A stretch of 64,000 nucleotides of DNA, from NCBI GenBank assembly GCA_905178155.1, contig CAJINV010000003.1, positions 2,499,065 through 2,563,064 of the forward strand. The letters are read 5' to 3'. Source of the stretch: Amoebophrya sp. A120 (Eukaryota > Protista > Dinoflagellata). Numbering within the stretch: position 1 is the stretch's first letter; each line of letters starts with the position of its first letter. The notes under the pieces are model-generated. The model made no database searches. It was not told the DNA's origin and saw only the letters and a list, made by a program, of their open reading frames with translations. Position numbers and translations under genes: made by a program. Shown piece after piece: positions 38,586 to 49,785 of the stretch.

Positions 38586-40365
38586 ATGGCGTCTTTCACA
38601 TCAATGCCCATGCCGCGGCGCGACCCGATCCCCGTCACCGTGCTCACGGGGTTCCTTGGCAGTGGAAAGACGACATTGGTGAACCACATTTTGAATGACC
38701 AGACGCACGGAATGCGATTCGCGATCATTGAGAACGAGATTGGCGCTGTTGGTGTCGACAACAAAATTTTGGATCTCCCGAAAGCGAACATTGAAGACGA
38801 GATGCTGGAGGTGATCAACGGTTGCATCTGCTGCAAGGTGCGTGGGGACCTGGTGACGGCGCTGAAGCGTCTGTACAACAAGGTGCACAAATTCGACGGG
38901 GTGATCATCGAAACCACGGGTCTCGCGGACCCCGCCCCGGTGGCGCAGACGTTTTTCCAGGAAGAGGGGATTTCCGTGCTGTACAAACTGGACTGCATCT
39001 GTGCGGTGGTGGACGCCAAGCATGTGGAGCAGCACTTGGACGACAAAAACAAAAAGCCGAAGGGCTTCCAGAACGAGACGGAGGAGCAGCTGGCGTTCGC
39101 CGACGTCGTGTTGCTGAACAAGACCGATTTGGTCGCCGACCCTCCGGCCCTGGACGCGCTGGAGAAGCGCATCAAGACGATCAACTATCAAGTGTAAAAA
39201 TGTCTGGGTCTGGAAGATTCTTAGACTTGTCATGCATGTTTTCCCTGGGCCATGATGTCTGTGATGCATGCCCTAGCATCACAGATTTTTGGAGGGCCTC
39301 GCGATGCCTATTCCGCATGACAAATGCCCTCTCCGCGTAGCAAAAATTGCACTCCCTTTGCTGCTCATGCAAAACAGATTTTTTTGGAATCCAAATTCAG
39401 CATCACAAGTTGCATTCTTCCAGACCCAGACATTTTTACATTTGATATCAACCACGGGGCGCCCATCTACCGCACCGAACAGAGCAAGGTGGACCCGAAG
39501 AAGCTGCTGAACGTGGGCGCCTTCGACCTGGAGCGCGTCCTGGAGATGGACCCGGAGTTTCTGAACCCCCACGGCCACTTCCGCCACGACAAGACCGTGA
39601 GCTCGCACTCCGTGAAGTTCGAGGGTGACTTGAACGTGTCCCGCATGCAGCGCTGGCTGCGGCAGCTGATCTCGCAGAAGAGCGACGACCTGTTCCGCTA
39701 CAAGGGAGTGCTTTCCGTGAATAACATGCCACAGAAGTTCGTTTTCCAGGGCGTGCACATGATGATGGTCGCGGACTACTTTCCGGACATGCAGTGGGCC
39801 CTGGGCGAACCGCGCGACTGCCGGTTGGTTTTCATCGGGCGGGACCTGGACAAGGCGGAGCTCATATCGCATTTAACAACGTCCCCACTCCATAGTTGTA
39901 AAATCTGCACGCTGAATTTGAACATGTTTCTCATGCGGAGCCCCATGAGAAGCGTTGTCTCGTCGTGTTTTGGAATTTGTCATGCTCCAATCAGCATGAT
40001 ATACTACCTCCAACAGCACTACACTGCGAGTCCAAATTTTTCTTGCAAAACAGCCAAAACTTGTGGACTTGTCGAGCCGATTTCCCAGCTGGACTATGGG
40101 CTGAGGACGTTTTTATACAGGATAGCTCACCAAGCAGGCGATGGACTGCAAGGCGGAGGAGCAGCTGCGCTTCAAAATCGGGGACATTGTGGAGGCCAAG
40201 ACGGGGACGAACCGGTGGGAACAGGGAAGAGTGATCAAGATCTGGGATCAGGGCCATCCCTACCGCATCGAGGTGCTCGACTCCGGGAAGAACGTGTGGG
40301 GCCCGGAAGACCGAGACATTTGTGTCCGTGCGGTTCTCGAATGCGCGGAGTTGACTGCACAATGA
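38586..40365 (+). CDS. cobW: COG0523/CobW-family (ZNG1/CBWD-like) metal-binding GTPase with CobW_C and a C-terminal SH3/Tudor-like extension
   Basis: IPVTVLTGFLGSGKTT, IIENEIG, NGCICC, IIETTGLADP, LLNKTD, LFRYKGVL..FQGVH..LVFIGRDLD. Exons 38586-39185, 39453-39864 and 40130-40365 join in frame after removing two TIR elements + 5 nt. Confidence 0.92.
39186..39447. mobile_element. TIR introner-like element, family A
   Basis: DR TCAAC/TCAAC; joins RIKTIN|HGAPIYRT of CobW. Confidence 0.95.
39865..40124. mobile_element. TIR introner-like element, family B-related
   Basis: TATCGCATTTAACAACGTCCCCACTCCATAGT...ACTATGGGCTGAGGACGTTTTTATACAGGATA; DR GCTCA/GCTCA; joins DKAEL|TKQAMDC. Confidence 0.9.
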
Positions 40366-41670
40366 AGGGAGAAGATAGCACGGAAAAGTATATTAAGTAA
40401 GTGATGGGTACTCAAATTTACGCGGATGTTGGCTAACATGCCGATCATGCGCAAGTTGATGAAACAGTGCCCTACTAGTTGCGACGCCCTTTCCAGGCTG
40501 TGGAGGTTATCGCCACAATGATGATAATTTCCTGATCGATAGCATAAGATAGTCGCATCGAGTTTGAGATGCTTTTATCGTCGACTTATTTTTCACAGGA
40601 AAGAAACTCCGCATCTGGAATTTCTTTTCGTTTCGACTTGGAATATGGTTTGATATCTTTTTCTTTTGTTTCGCAGTAAAAGAGTAGCAGTGATTCTTTC
40701 CGTTTCCAAGAAGGATAGATACGAAAGCGAGATACAAACATATTGCAAGTAAGTATCATCCAGACCGCCTCGAGGAAACTAATCACGGCTTAATGGTTCA
40801 TTCTTCAAATAGATTCACCCGACTAGTGCACGTACATGGTAGATTTGTTTGCATTTCCGGTGATCATGTGGTTTTCTTTGGCTTGCACATAAGGAAGAGA
40901 GGTTTGATTGATTCCGCAAATTTGTCTTCTGCGACAACACAAAGAGTGGCTGCGCGTGGACAGAGCCTAAACCAAAATTTGCTATCAATAAAGAGCGGTT
41001 AAAATGCTATAAAAAAGTCAGAGTTATAGAAACACGCACAGATAAAAAGATAAAGATTGTACTAGAACCGCTGGCAGGAGGGGTTCAGTGTAAATCAAAT
41101 CAGTGTTTCATTCTCTGGCACTTTTCCTTCGTTCTGGTCCCGTGGTAGAAACATACTGAAGCTCCCTTTTCTCACTTTTTCTTTCTGCTGCCGTCTGCTC
41201 TTGTCGCTGCAGCGCGACAAAAATGTCGCCGAAGGATATTTTTTGAAGATGTCGTGGTCTCCTCTCTCTGCCTCGATCTATCTGATTTTGGTAGAACGTT
41301 TTCTGATCTTTTTTCATTTTTTACTACATTCCGGTAGGTGCGCCTAAGAAGGCGAAAAAGGATCAGGTACTCGTTCAGTCGTGGCTTTTTTTGATCGTTA
41401 GGTCCTTGGTTCTCACGTCAACTACTTCCAAGATCGACATTCTACGTCGAAATCGGTGAGTATTTTGTGCGGTGATGGTTTATATTTACATTTTTCAACC
41501 GGAATACGGCTACTTGTTGCGAAGGATAAAATAAATTTCTTTCTTTCAGCGTGCCCCCGCGGGTTCCATACATAATCTGGGCCGAGAGCGGAAAATTCAT
41601 TTAGAATACTTAAGATCAATACACAAATTCGGCTGATGATTCCACTACCTGCTTCGCAGCTTGGCAAAAC

Positions 41671-44600
41671 ATGAATTTGGAGCAGAAGCGTATCCGGCAT
41701 GAAGCGTGTTTGCAGCATTATCCCCCACCAGACGGGCTGTCTTGGTCTGACCTTTATTCGGACATCATCCAGTTCAACCGCACCTTTCTGGCGAACTTGG
41801 ATTTTGGTCATGGAAACGAAGTAGCTCTCTCCGTGGATGGGTTTCAGGACCCGGCAGACACGGTTCGCTGGCTGGACTGGGCTCACGGTCGCGGTGGAGG
41901 TGGCCGCAACGGGACGACAGCGACGGCAGAAACGGGATCATATGCAGGACGAGCCGCCAGCGCGGGGTCATATAGCAACCGGGACCAGGACGACACCAAC
42001 GGACGCGATGAAATAACAGCAGGAGCAGGGACGCGGCCGAGTCTGAATCATGCCTCCTATTCAGCGACAGCCCATAATTATCAACATCTTCTTCACGGGC
42101 GGCCGCCGCGCGGCCATGGGAGAACGAGAAATGGGCTTCGAGCTCGCACGGTGCCTCGGGTGCGAAACGCACGATACTATGAGGAGAAATTTGCCTGGTG
42201 GATATCCAAGAAAAAAACTGTGTTAGTGTAACTTTCTTTCGCTGACAGCATCACAAATTTGCTCTACATGACAGAGAAAACCTGTCATGCGTGGCTTGTA
42301 AGGGAAAGCGCACACGATTAGTGGACTTCATGGCTGTCTGGCATGACAGGCGTAACTCTGTTGCATGTTCTGCAACACAAATTTCCACTTACATACACAG
42401 TTTTTTTCTTGCATAGTGGAAGGACCGGTTCGACTGCGGCGACAACCAAGACACGAGCCAGCACCCGCACGGGTGCTGCAACTACGGGCACCTGGCGATC
42501 CAGCTTATTTGGGCCATCCTGGAGCGGAGCCGGAGCCGGCTGAATGCTGTGCTGCATCAGTTTTTGTTTGAAAATTGGAACGCCTTGTACCACACACCGT
42601 GGCCGGTCGCGCACCTTGCCTACAAGGCTGTGTTTGCAACAGCAATGCTCGGCACTTTCGACCTGAATTTCTTTCACCCACCTAATGATCATTTCGGAGG
42701 CTCATCGGTTGGGAATGGACACCAGGTCGTAGTATCAAACGCAGTAGTAGAGAAAAAATGGCTGGGTCTGGAAGAATGTTGCAGGATATCTTGCCATATT
42801 TTTCTGATATGACTCTGAGCTGCTCTGTGATCATGTCTGGGCAGGATGAAAGGATCCTCTTGCGGCCTCCTGTCATGCGACGAGATTGCAGCTCGCCATG
42901 CGGTATGCGCAACAGGATGCAGCCCTGAAGTTTGTCACGGTTGACTTACTTGATATTGAACTGAGCCCGTCATAATTCAGATTCACAGAACACTTCCTTC
43001 ACAAGATAGAACCTTCTGACCCAGTAAAGAACACAACATTTGCAATGTATACCAAGGCCACGACCGCCGGAACGACCACACGCACGACCAGTCCTACCAC
43101 TCAGGTCCCCTTGTTCCTCCACTTCCACCGGACCTCCACCGTCCGCGTGCGCAAACCATGCGTTTCTCGCCGGTTGCGCTGACGACGTACGCTACGGAGC
43201 GCTGCCTTAGCGAAAACGACGCGTGGCAAAAGCTGCGGCGACCGCCTCCCGCTTTCGCGTCCGCCAGGACGAGCGATCAACACCATAATGAGGACCTCCA
43301 GGAACGACGAGTACAGCTGGAAGATCGGGAGCTGTACACGGAGCAAGTGGCGCAGTCTCTGCTGGAATTGTTCGCGAAGCATGCGTCTGCCCCGCCGGAC
43401 CTGGAGCACGACAAGCACTTTCCCACGGATTCTCGGGCGTTGGCGAGCCTGCGGCGACAGGCCATCTTGATGAAGGAGCGCCGGACCACGGTGCCCTACT
43501 ACGAAAAGACGGGGCGGGACGCCACGCGGACCGACGAGGCGTACACCTACGCTGGCTTTTCCCCGTTGCGCGCCTTCAACCTGGCGGCCGACGGGAGTCG
43601 TGGGGAGGCGGCCCATGAGAAGATGTTCAGCCAGGCAGCCCTGCAGCACGAGCGAGACGCGCAGTGTAGCACTTGGGAAAGCCGCCAGTGGGAAGGGGCG
43701 CCCGCCGCAAGGGGGTCTGCAGGTGAGCCTCCGGACGACCACCGCAAGGGGTCTGCAGGTGATGTAGCAGAGGAGCGGCGAGTACATCACGGACAGGAGG
43801 TGGAACAAGTAGATGACAGAACAAATAAAGCTAAGGAGAATAACAATAAAGATCAAGAGCCGGCGCCGTTTTTATTTCCGTACTACAACGTAAAGTCCTT
43901 CCTCGATAAGGAGCTCGACCGCGATTTCTGCTCTGAGTTTTGGTATTTGTACAGCTTGCTGCAGTTGGGGCATCACTCTGACATTTCGCGCGTCACACCA
44001 ATCTACGCCATTCGCAGTATTCAGCGGTGGTTCTGGTACCCGCTGTATGAAATGCAAAAATGTCTGGGTCTGGAAGAATGCAGGAGTTTTTCATGCAGAT
44101 TTTGCATGACCCATGAGATCTGTGACGCATGCCCTAGCATCAGAGATTTTGCGAGGGCTTTCTGATGCTCATACCGCATGAGAAACGCCCTCTCCGCGTA
44201 GCACAAATTCCACCTCCTTTGCTGTTCATGCAATACAGATTTTTCTAGAATCCAAAATTAGCATCACAGGTTGCATCCTTCCAGACCCAGACATTTTTGC
44301 AGTTCATACACTGCAGACGCGCATCGACGGCTACACTTCCGTGACGGACTATCGAAGGGAAAAATCCCCCCTCCCCAAATCGAAAATGCATCCTTTTAAA
44401 AATTTGTAATGCTGATTTCTGGCCACAAATCAGTTCTGTCTTGCAAGAAAGCAAAGCCAGAGCTTCCGCCGCATTACGTAACGTAGGCCGCGACTTGTAA
44501 TGCTGCTGCGCCGACAGGGTTGACGTCTGCCATGCTAGGCGCCCACCTCGAAGCAGCCCCTTTCAAGCTTTGCGTCTTCCTGCAGTCCTCGACTGCAAGA

Positions 44601-47600
44601 CAAAGCTGATTTGTGTACACAAATCCCGCAACACAGATTGCCATTTTGATATGGGGAGGGGGAATTGTTCATTTCGATACGGACAACGGTAACTTCCTGC
44701 GCGAAAATCACGGGGCGAAGCAAGCCGTTGCGCTTGAAAAACTCGGTGCTGTTGCGGAGCAGGAGGCTGCGGAGCGCAATTATCTGGTCGTCCAAGACGA
44801 CACCGACACGGCTCGAGCGGTTACAGAAGAGGAAAACTTCGTGCAGGGAGGTCGACGAGAAGATGACCAGCGGAGGCAGGAAGATCGTATTCGATCATCC
44901 ACCGCGGAAAATGTTTTGAAGCTGCAGGAGGCCGATTTACTACAGCTCCCTGAGTTCGAGCTGCTGTTGGAGGAGGACGAAGTTTTGGAAGAAAAGAAGC
45001 AGGCGACCCGTGCAGGTGAAGCACCCGAAAGGAGCGCTGGCGACGAGCCCTGCACGCTCTACAAACTGGCGACCCGCGTTTTGTACAAGGCAGCGGGCAG
45101 CAAGACGCAATGGTGCGACACCCTGGCGGGCTGGGTTACCGCTTATCTCAGCAGGAAGGCTACTGGTGCAGTAGCTCTTGACAGCAGTAGTAGCACAGGT
45201 CAGGGACTCCATCGTCGGGAAGATTCGACTTTTGTGGAGCCCGCCAGAATCTCCTTAGCCGACAGGGATCTCGTGTTGCCGAAAAAGGCAGATGGTCCTA
45301 GTGTGGTCAAGGATGGCTCCACGGAAATAATGAATAACCGTCCTTCCATGTTGGCAGAAGCTGAAGCTCCACCGCAACAAGCCCGTTCACCTAGATCGCG
45401 ACAGCAAAAAAACCCAACGACCTCGCCCCCCTCCGACGAGCGCAGTCTGACGCGCACGGCACTGCGCTACATCAGCAATATGGACAGGTTGCGCCGCGCG
45501 CGAACCGACATCTCGATGGCCAGCAACATGGAGAAGATCATGCGCGCGCCCCCCCAGCTGGGCGGCGACCGGTCAAGAAGCCTAGTTTTTTTCTACAGCC
45601 TGGAATTCTGGTTTGTCTTCGCGACGCTGGTCGAAAAAGAGTACCGGGGCGTTGTGGACTCGCTCCAGATCGACACGCATATGCGCCAAGGTTGGACCGC
45701 CTTCGACGAGATGGGTCAGTTAGTGCAACGAGTAGATAGAGATGATCCACCACCGCGACCCGTGGAGCTGCAGAGAAAGGAAAATTCCCTTTCCCCTACC
45801 AATGTTGAAGCTCCAGCGGCAGGAGCTGCTTCACCCGGCGATGCGTCCACTTCGCAAGACAGCACCAAAAAAACTTCTCTTGTTCCGAGCTCTCCGCCGA
45901 CTTTGCTGGACGAGCAGCTGTCGCGGTCCGAGCGGCACGCGCTGTTGCACCTGATGCGCGGCGTCCACGAGCTCTGCGAGGCCTTCCGGTTTCCCTACCT
46001 GCTCTCGTCCGGCACGCTGCTTGGGGCCATTCGCCACCACTCCTTGATATCAAATGTAAAAATGTCTGGGTCGGGATGATTGCAACTTGTCATGCTAAAT
46101 CTGAATCAGGCAAAAAACTGTGTTGCATGATTGTCAAAAGTTGTGCACATCTGACCTAATCGAGAGGCAGTTTCTCATGCAGAATAGGCATTAGAAAAGT
46201 CTCGCAGATGAATCTGTCATACTATGTCCTACATACCAGACCTCATGGGTCATAGAGAACCTGCACGACAAATCTGGGAATCTTCCAGACCCAGACATTT
46301 TTGCAATCCATACTTGATTCCTTGGACCGGCGACGCAGAAGTATCCCTGGACTACTCGTATTTCGGATTCGTCTATGCACTGCAAAAATGTCTGGGTCTG
46401 GAAGATTGCAACTTGTCATGCTGTCTTTGGATTCCAAAGAAATCTGTATTGCGTGACCAGCAACAGGAGTCCAGTTTGTGTTACGCGGAGAGGGCGTTTC
46501 TCATGCAGAATGGGCATCAGAAAGCCCTCTAAAAATCTGTGATGCTAGGTCATGCATTACAGACGTCATGCGTCATGCAAAATATGCATGCCAAACCTGG
46601 CCACCTTCCAGACCCAGACATTTTTACATTTGATATCGTCCTCAATGTCGCCCTGCTGCAAAGCCTGAGACAATACGTCAACCCGAATTATAATAGAGTG
46701 TTGTACTCGAAGTCGAAGATGAAGAACACCGAGGACCACGAGCAGCTTCAACTACGCCAACAGGAATATGAAACCTCCACCAGCGGCGCGAAGATGTCGA
46801 GCTCACTTGTTGAGGATGCTGATTTCTGCACGAGCACCAGCACAATGAGTCCAGTTTTGTGCGCATGGCTGCGGTCGAACCCGGCGGGTCTGCGCACCGC
46901 GCAGCGGATCTTCCGGGACGAGCGAATGGTGCTGCAGATGTATGTATGCATCGCAAAAAGTATGAACGTACCAGTATAAATCGCATGACAAATTGTTTCA
47001 AGAAAAAAGTGCAATCTGTCATGCAGATTCAGGTAAAAATGTCTCGTCTGTCATGTTGCAAGACCGGCATTTATACTTACGAGTGCGATACTTTTGCACA
47101 GGATAGTACGCGCGGCGGCCCCTGTCCCTGAAGTTTTTCTACCGCGAGGAGCACAAGTTTTCCGAGCCGGTTCCGGGGTTCGCGTACCGGTTTCCCTACC
47201 TGGACATTCACCCAAACTACGTGGATGAAGCGAGCCAGGAGCTCGGATACACCAGTTACGAGTGGGGCTACCGCTTCCCGCTCCACTTTGCCTACCCGCG
47301 CCGGGTGAGTTTCATCGAGGGACAGAAGTTTTACGTCTGGAACAAGTTTCGCTTCGTCCTGCAGGCTATCAAATGCAAAAATGTCTGGGTCTGGAGGGAT
47401 GCAATTCTGTGGTGCTGTCTTTGGATTCTGAAAAAATTTGTGTTGCATGAGCAGCAAAGGGAGTGTGATTTTTGCTACGCGGAGAGGGCATCTGTCATGC
47501 GGAATAGGCTTCAAGAACCCCTCAAAAAATCTGTGATGTTCCAGCATGCATCGTAGACATCACGATGGCTCATGGCGCTTGGGTATCTATGTTGCAAAAC

Positions 47601-48883
47601 GTGCATGACAAATCCCGAACTCATCCAGACCCAGACACTTTTGCAGTTGATACAGGCACTGTACCCCGATCGAACCGGCGGGCCCGCCGCCTCCTCCGCG
47701 TTGAAGGAATGCCGGGGGCACCACCTGAACCACCGCGGGTTTTCCCTCGGCATGTATCAAAAAATGCAAATGTGCCCTCTGGGTCTGGAAGATTGAAACT
47801 TGTGATGCTGTCTTTGGATTCCACATGAAATCTGTGTTGCATGAACTGCAAAAGGGGTCCAGTTTTCGCTACGCGGAGAGGGAAGTTCTCATGCTGTATG
47901 GGCATCAGAAAGCATTTACAAAATCAGTGATGCTAGAGCCTGCATCACAGACATCAGGGGTCATGCAAAATATGCATGACAGACGTTCTTGCATTTTTCC
48001 AGACCAAGACATATTTGCAATGCATAGCGTGGCCATCATGGACACGAACTACAACTGTTCCACGCTGCCGGACGTCCCCTTCGTGTCCGTCAGCGAGCCG
48101 TGTCTGGTGGACCTACGCGTGCTGCGAAACGAACTCCTACTACCCGACTCTCTGGCTATGCGACAGTTCTTTGCGGCTGTTCTTGAAGGAGATCCTGTGC
48201 GACCGCCGGCGGCAGCAATAGAGCAGGGAGTGCTCCAGGTGGGCGGCAGCAGCAGAGGAGTGTACCGCCTGGAGAGTACGACGATAGATGACACGACGTC
48301 GCAAGAGAGAAATTCCGATGTGAACACGATCCTCTTTGAAGAGAACATCAAATTACAGGACCAAACAATTATGTCGAGCGACGCTGCGGAAGAGTCCGAA
48401 TTTCTACAAGAAGAGAACGAAGAAGATGCGAAAAGAACGGAGGAAGATAGTAAAGCTGAGTCGAGGCAGTCGCGCGTGCAATCTGGAAAATCCATGACGG
48501 ATGATGCTGCAAACTCTGTACTATCCGGAGGAAGAGCAGCTGCTGGAGTCTTTCACGTCCAAGAGCAAAATGGGCGTCCAGTTGTAGCGGGAATGGGAGA
48601 CAAAGTGCAACTGAAGCTGCGGAGCGGGAGCTGTGATACAATGCGCGAAAACCTGCGCCTACTATACCAGCTCTGCTACTTCGAACTGTGGACGACAGAA
48701 AGTGCGCTTCTGCGCCGGTTGATTGGTACTGTCGTGGTGAAGATTGTGCCGGAAAAATCTTCCGAACACTTGCAACTGCTACACGCTGATCATAGGCATT
48801 CAACGTACATCGGTGATTTTTTTGTCTCTATCGTGGAAATAGACTACATAAAAACGCGATTGAATTATGCACAATATTATTAG
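41671..48883 (+). CDS. large protein with a LicD/fukutin-like nucleotidyltransferase-fold domain, split by 9 TIR introns (termini uncertain)
   Basis: Reconstructed: ...LLHLMRGVHELCEAFRFPYLLSSGTLLGAIRHHSL|IPWTGDAEVSLDYSYFGFV|LNVALL...QMY|ARRPLSLKFF...YRFPYLDIHP...LQ|ALYP. GTLLGAxRH..IPW is the LicD signature. Confidence 0.8.
42203..42415. mobile_element. TIR introner-like element, family E
   Basis: TATCCAAGAAAAAAACTGTGT...ACACAGTTTTTTTCTTGCATA; DR GTGGA/GTGGA; joins FAWW|KDRFDC. Confidence 0.9.
42733..43051. mobile_element. degenerate family A element
   Basis: TATCAAACGC..AAAAAATGGCTGGGTCTGGAAGAATG...TTCTGACCCAG..CATTTGCAATGTATA; DR CCAGG(42722-26)/CCAAG(43052-56) with a 6-nt spacer on the left. 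Confidence 0.65.
44046..44308. mobile_element. TIR introner-like element, family A
   Basis: DR CGCTG/CACTG; joins WYPL|QTRIDG. Confidence 0.9.
44350..44679. mobile_element. TIR introner-like element, family D
   Basis: TATCGAAGGGAAAAATCCCCCCTCCCCA...TGGGGAGGGGGAATTGTTCATTTCGATA; DR CGGAC/CGGAC; joins SVTD|NGNFLR. Confidence 0.9.
46048..46312. mobile_element. TIR introner-like element, family A (inverted relative to 20260)
   Basis: DR CTTGA/CTTGA; splits the LicD motif RHHSL|IPW. Confidence 0.92.
46374..46635. mobile_element. TIR introner-like element, family A
   Basis: DR TCGTC/TCGTC; joins FGFV|LNVALL. Confidence 0.92.
46945..47105. mobile_element. TIR introner-like element, family F (shortest, 161 bp)
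   Basis: TATGCATCGCAAAAAGTAT...ATACTTTTGCACAGGATA; DR GTATG/GTACG; joins QMY|ARRPL. Confidence 0.8.
47367..47652. mobile_element. TIR introner-like element, family A
   Basis: DR CAGGC/CAGGC; joins FVLQ|ALYPDR. Confidence 0.92.
47755..48026. mobile_element. TIR introner-like element, family A
   Basis: DR GCATG/GCGTG; joins FSLGM|AIMDTNY. Confidence 0.85.
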
Positions 48884-49785
48884 CATGTCAGGCAGCTCTA
48901 CTTCCAGACATACACGAGCTGTAGACTGATGCTGCAACACCAATTTTCTCCCGGTTCTTTGTTCGTTTTTTATTGTGCTTCACAGAAACTTTTTTTTTCT
49001 GGTTTCTTTTTTTCGTTTTTTCAGCGTCTGCTCATTTATTCGGTGTCGGTGCTGCAGATTTTTTTTTGTGCGAGGGCTGCATGATATTGATGTAATATCA
49101 AAATGCAAAAATCCAAACCCCTCGGCAGTTTTTCACACGTTCTTGCATATCTTTGTTGTCATCATGTTTTTGAAGGAATCAATTGAGTTTGGCTCTGATC
49201 GTGCGGTTTTTTCAAGAACTAGCCGAATTGTTAAACTTCAGTCAACACCCCGCCATTGCCGTTCCTAGTACTCGTAGGCATTCATTGTATGATAGACATA
49301 GATAAGTTTCTATTTCTAAATCCTATTTGTGTGTTTATGTTTTGCCTAGTTGTGGTTTTGAAAGCAAGAAATTGTGGAGGAACGTTATGGAGTTTCAAGC
49401 GGAGCGACATGTGATATTCCCTCTCCCCTCTGCTCCTCTTGGAAAAGAAAACGTAGCAGTTGCACTAGTTTCTCAGTGCTGTTATAAAAAGAAAACGTGT
49501 AAAAACTAAAACCCGGCCTAATTAAGAAAAGCACACGAGAGCATGAGCATCACTTACCGCAAAATCAAAACGAATAGAATTTCCCACATGAAAACTGTGA
49601 CTAGCAGTTTCTCGGTCCGTGCGCATCCAAATATTTAGGTTGATTGTTAGTTGGCGCGAGCGGTCTTGCAGCTAAAGAGTAAAAAGACGCTGCTGGTGCA
49701 GTGAGTAGTACTTAAACACGAAGAGCAGTTGTAGAGATACGAGAAATTTGGCTGCCGAAATTGTACGAAGAAATATAAGTGAAAG

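Noticed and set aside
46048-48026. Regularly spaced repeats with short unique spacers resembling a CRISPR array
   Set aside because: The repeats are inverted ends of 160-290 bp elements, the 'spacers' are in-frame exons, the context is eukaryotic and there are no cas genes.
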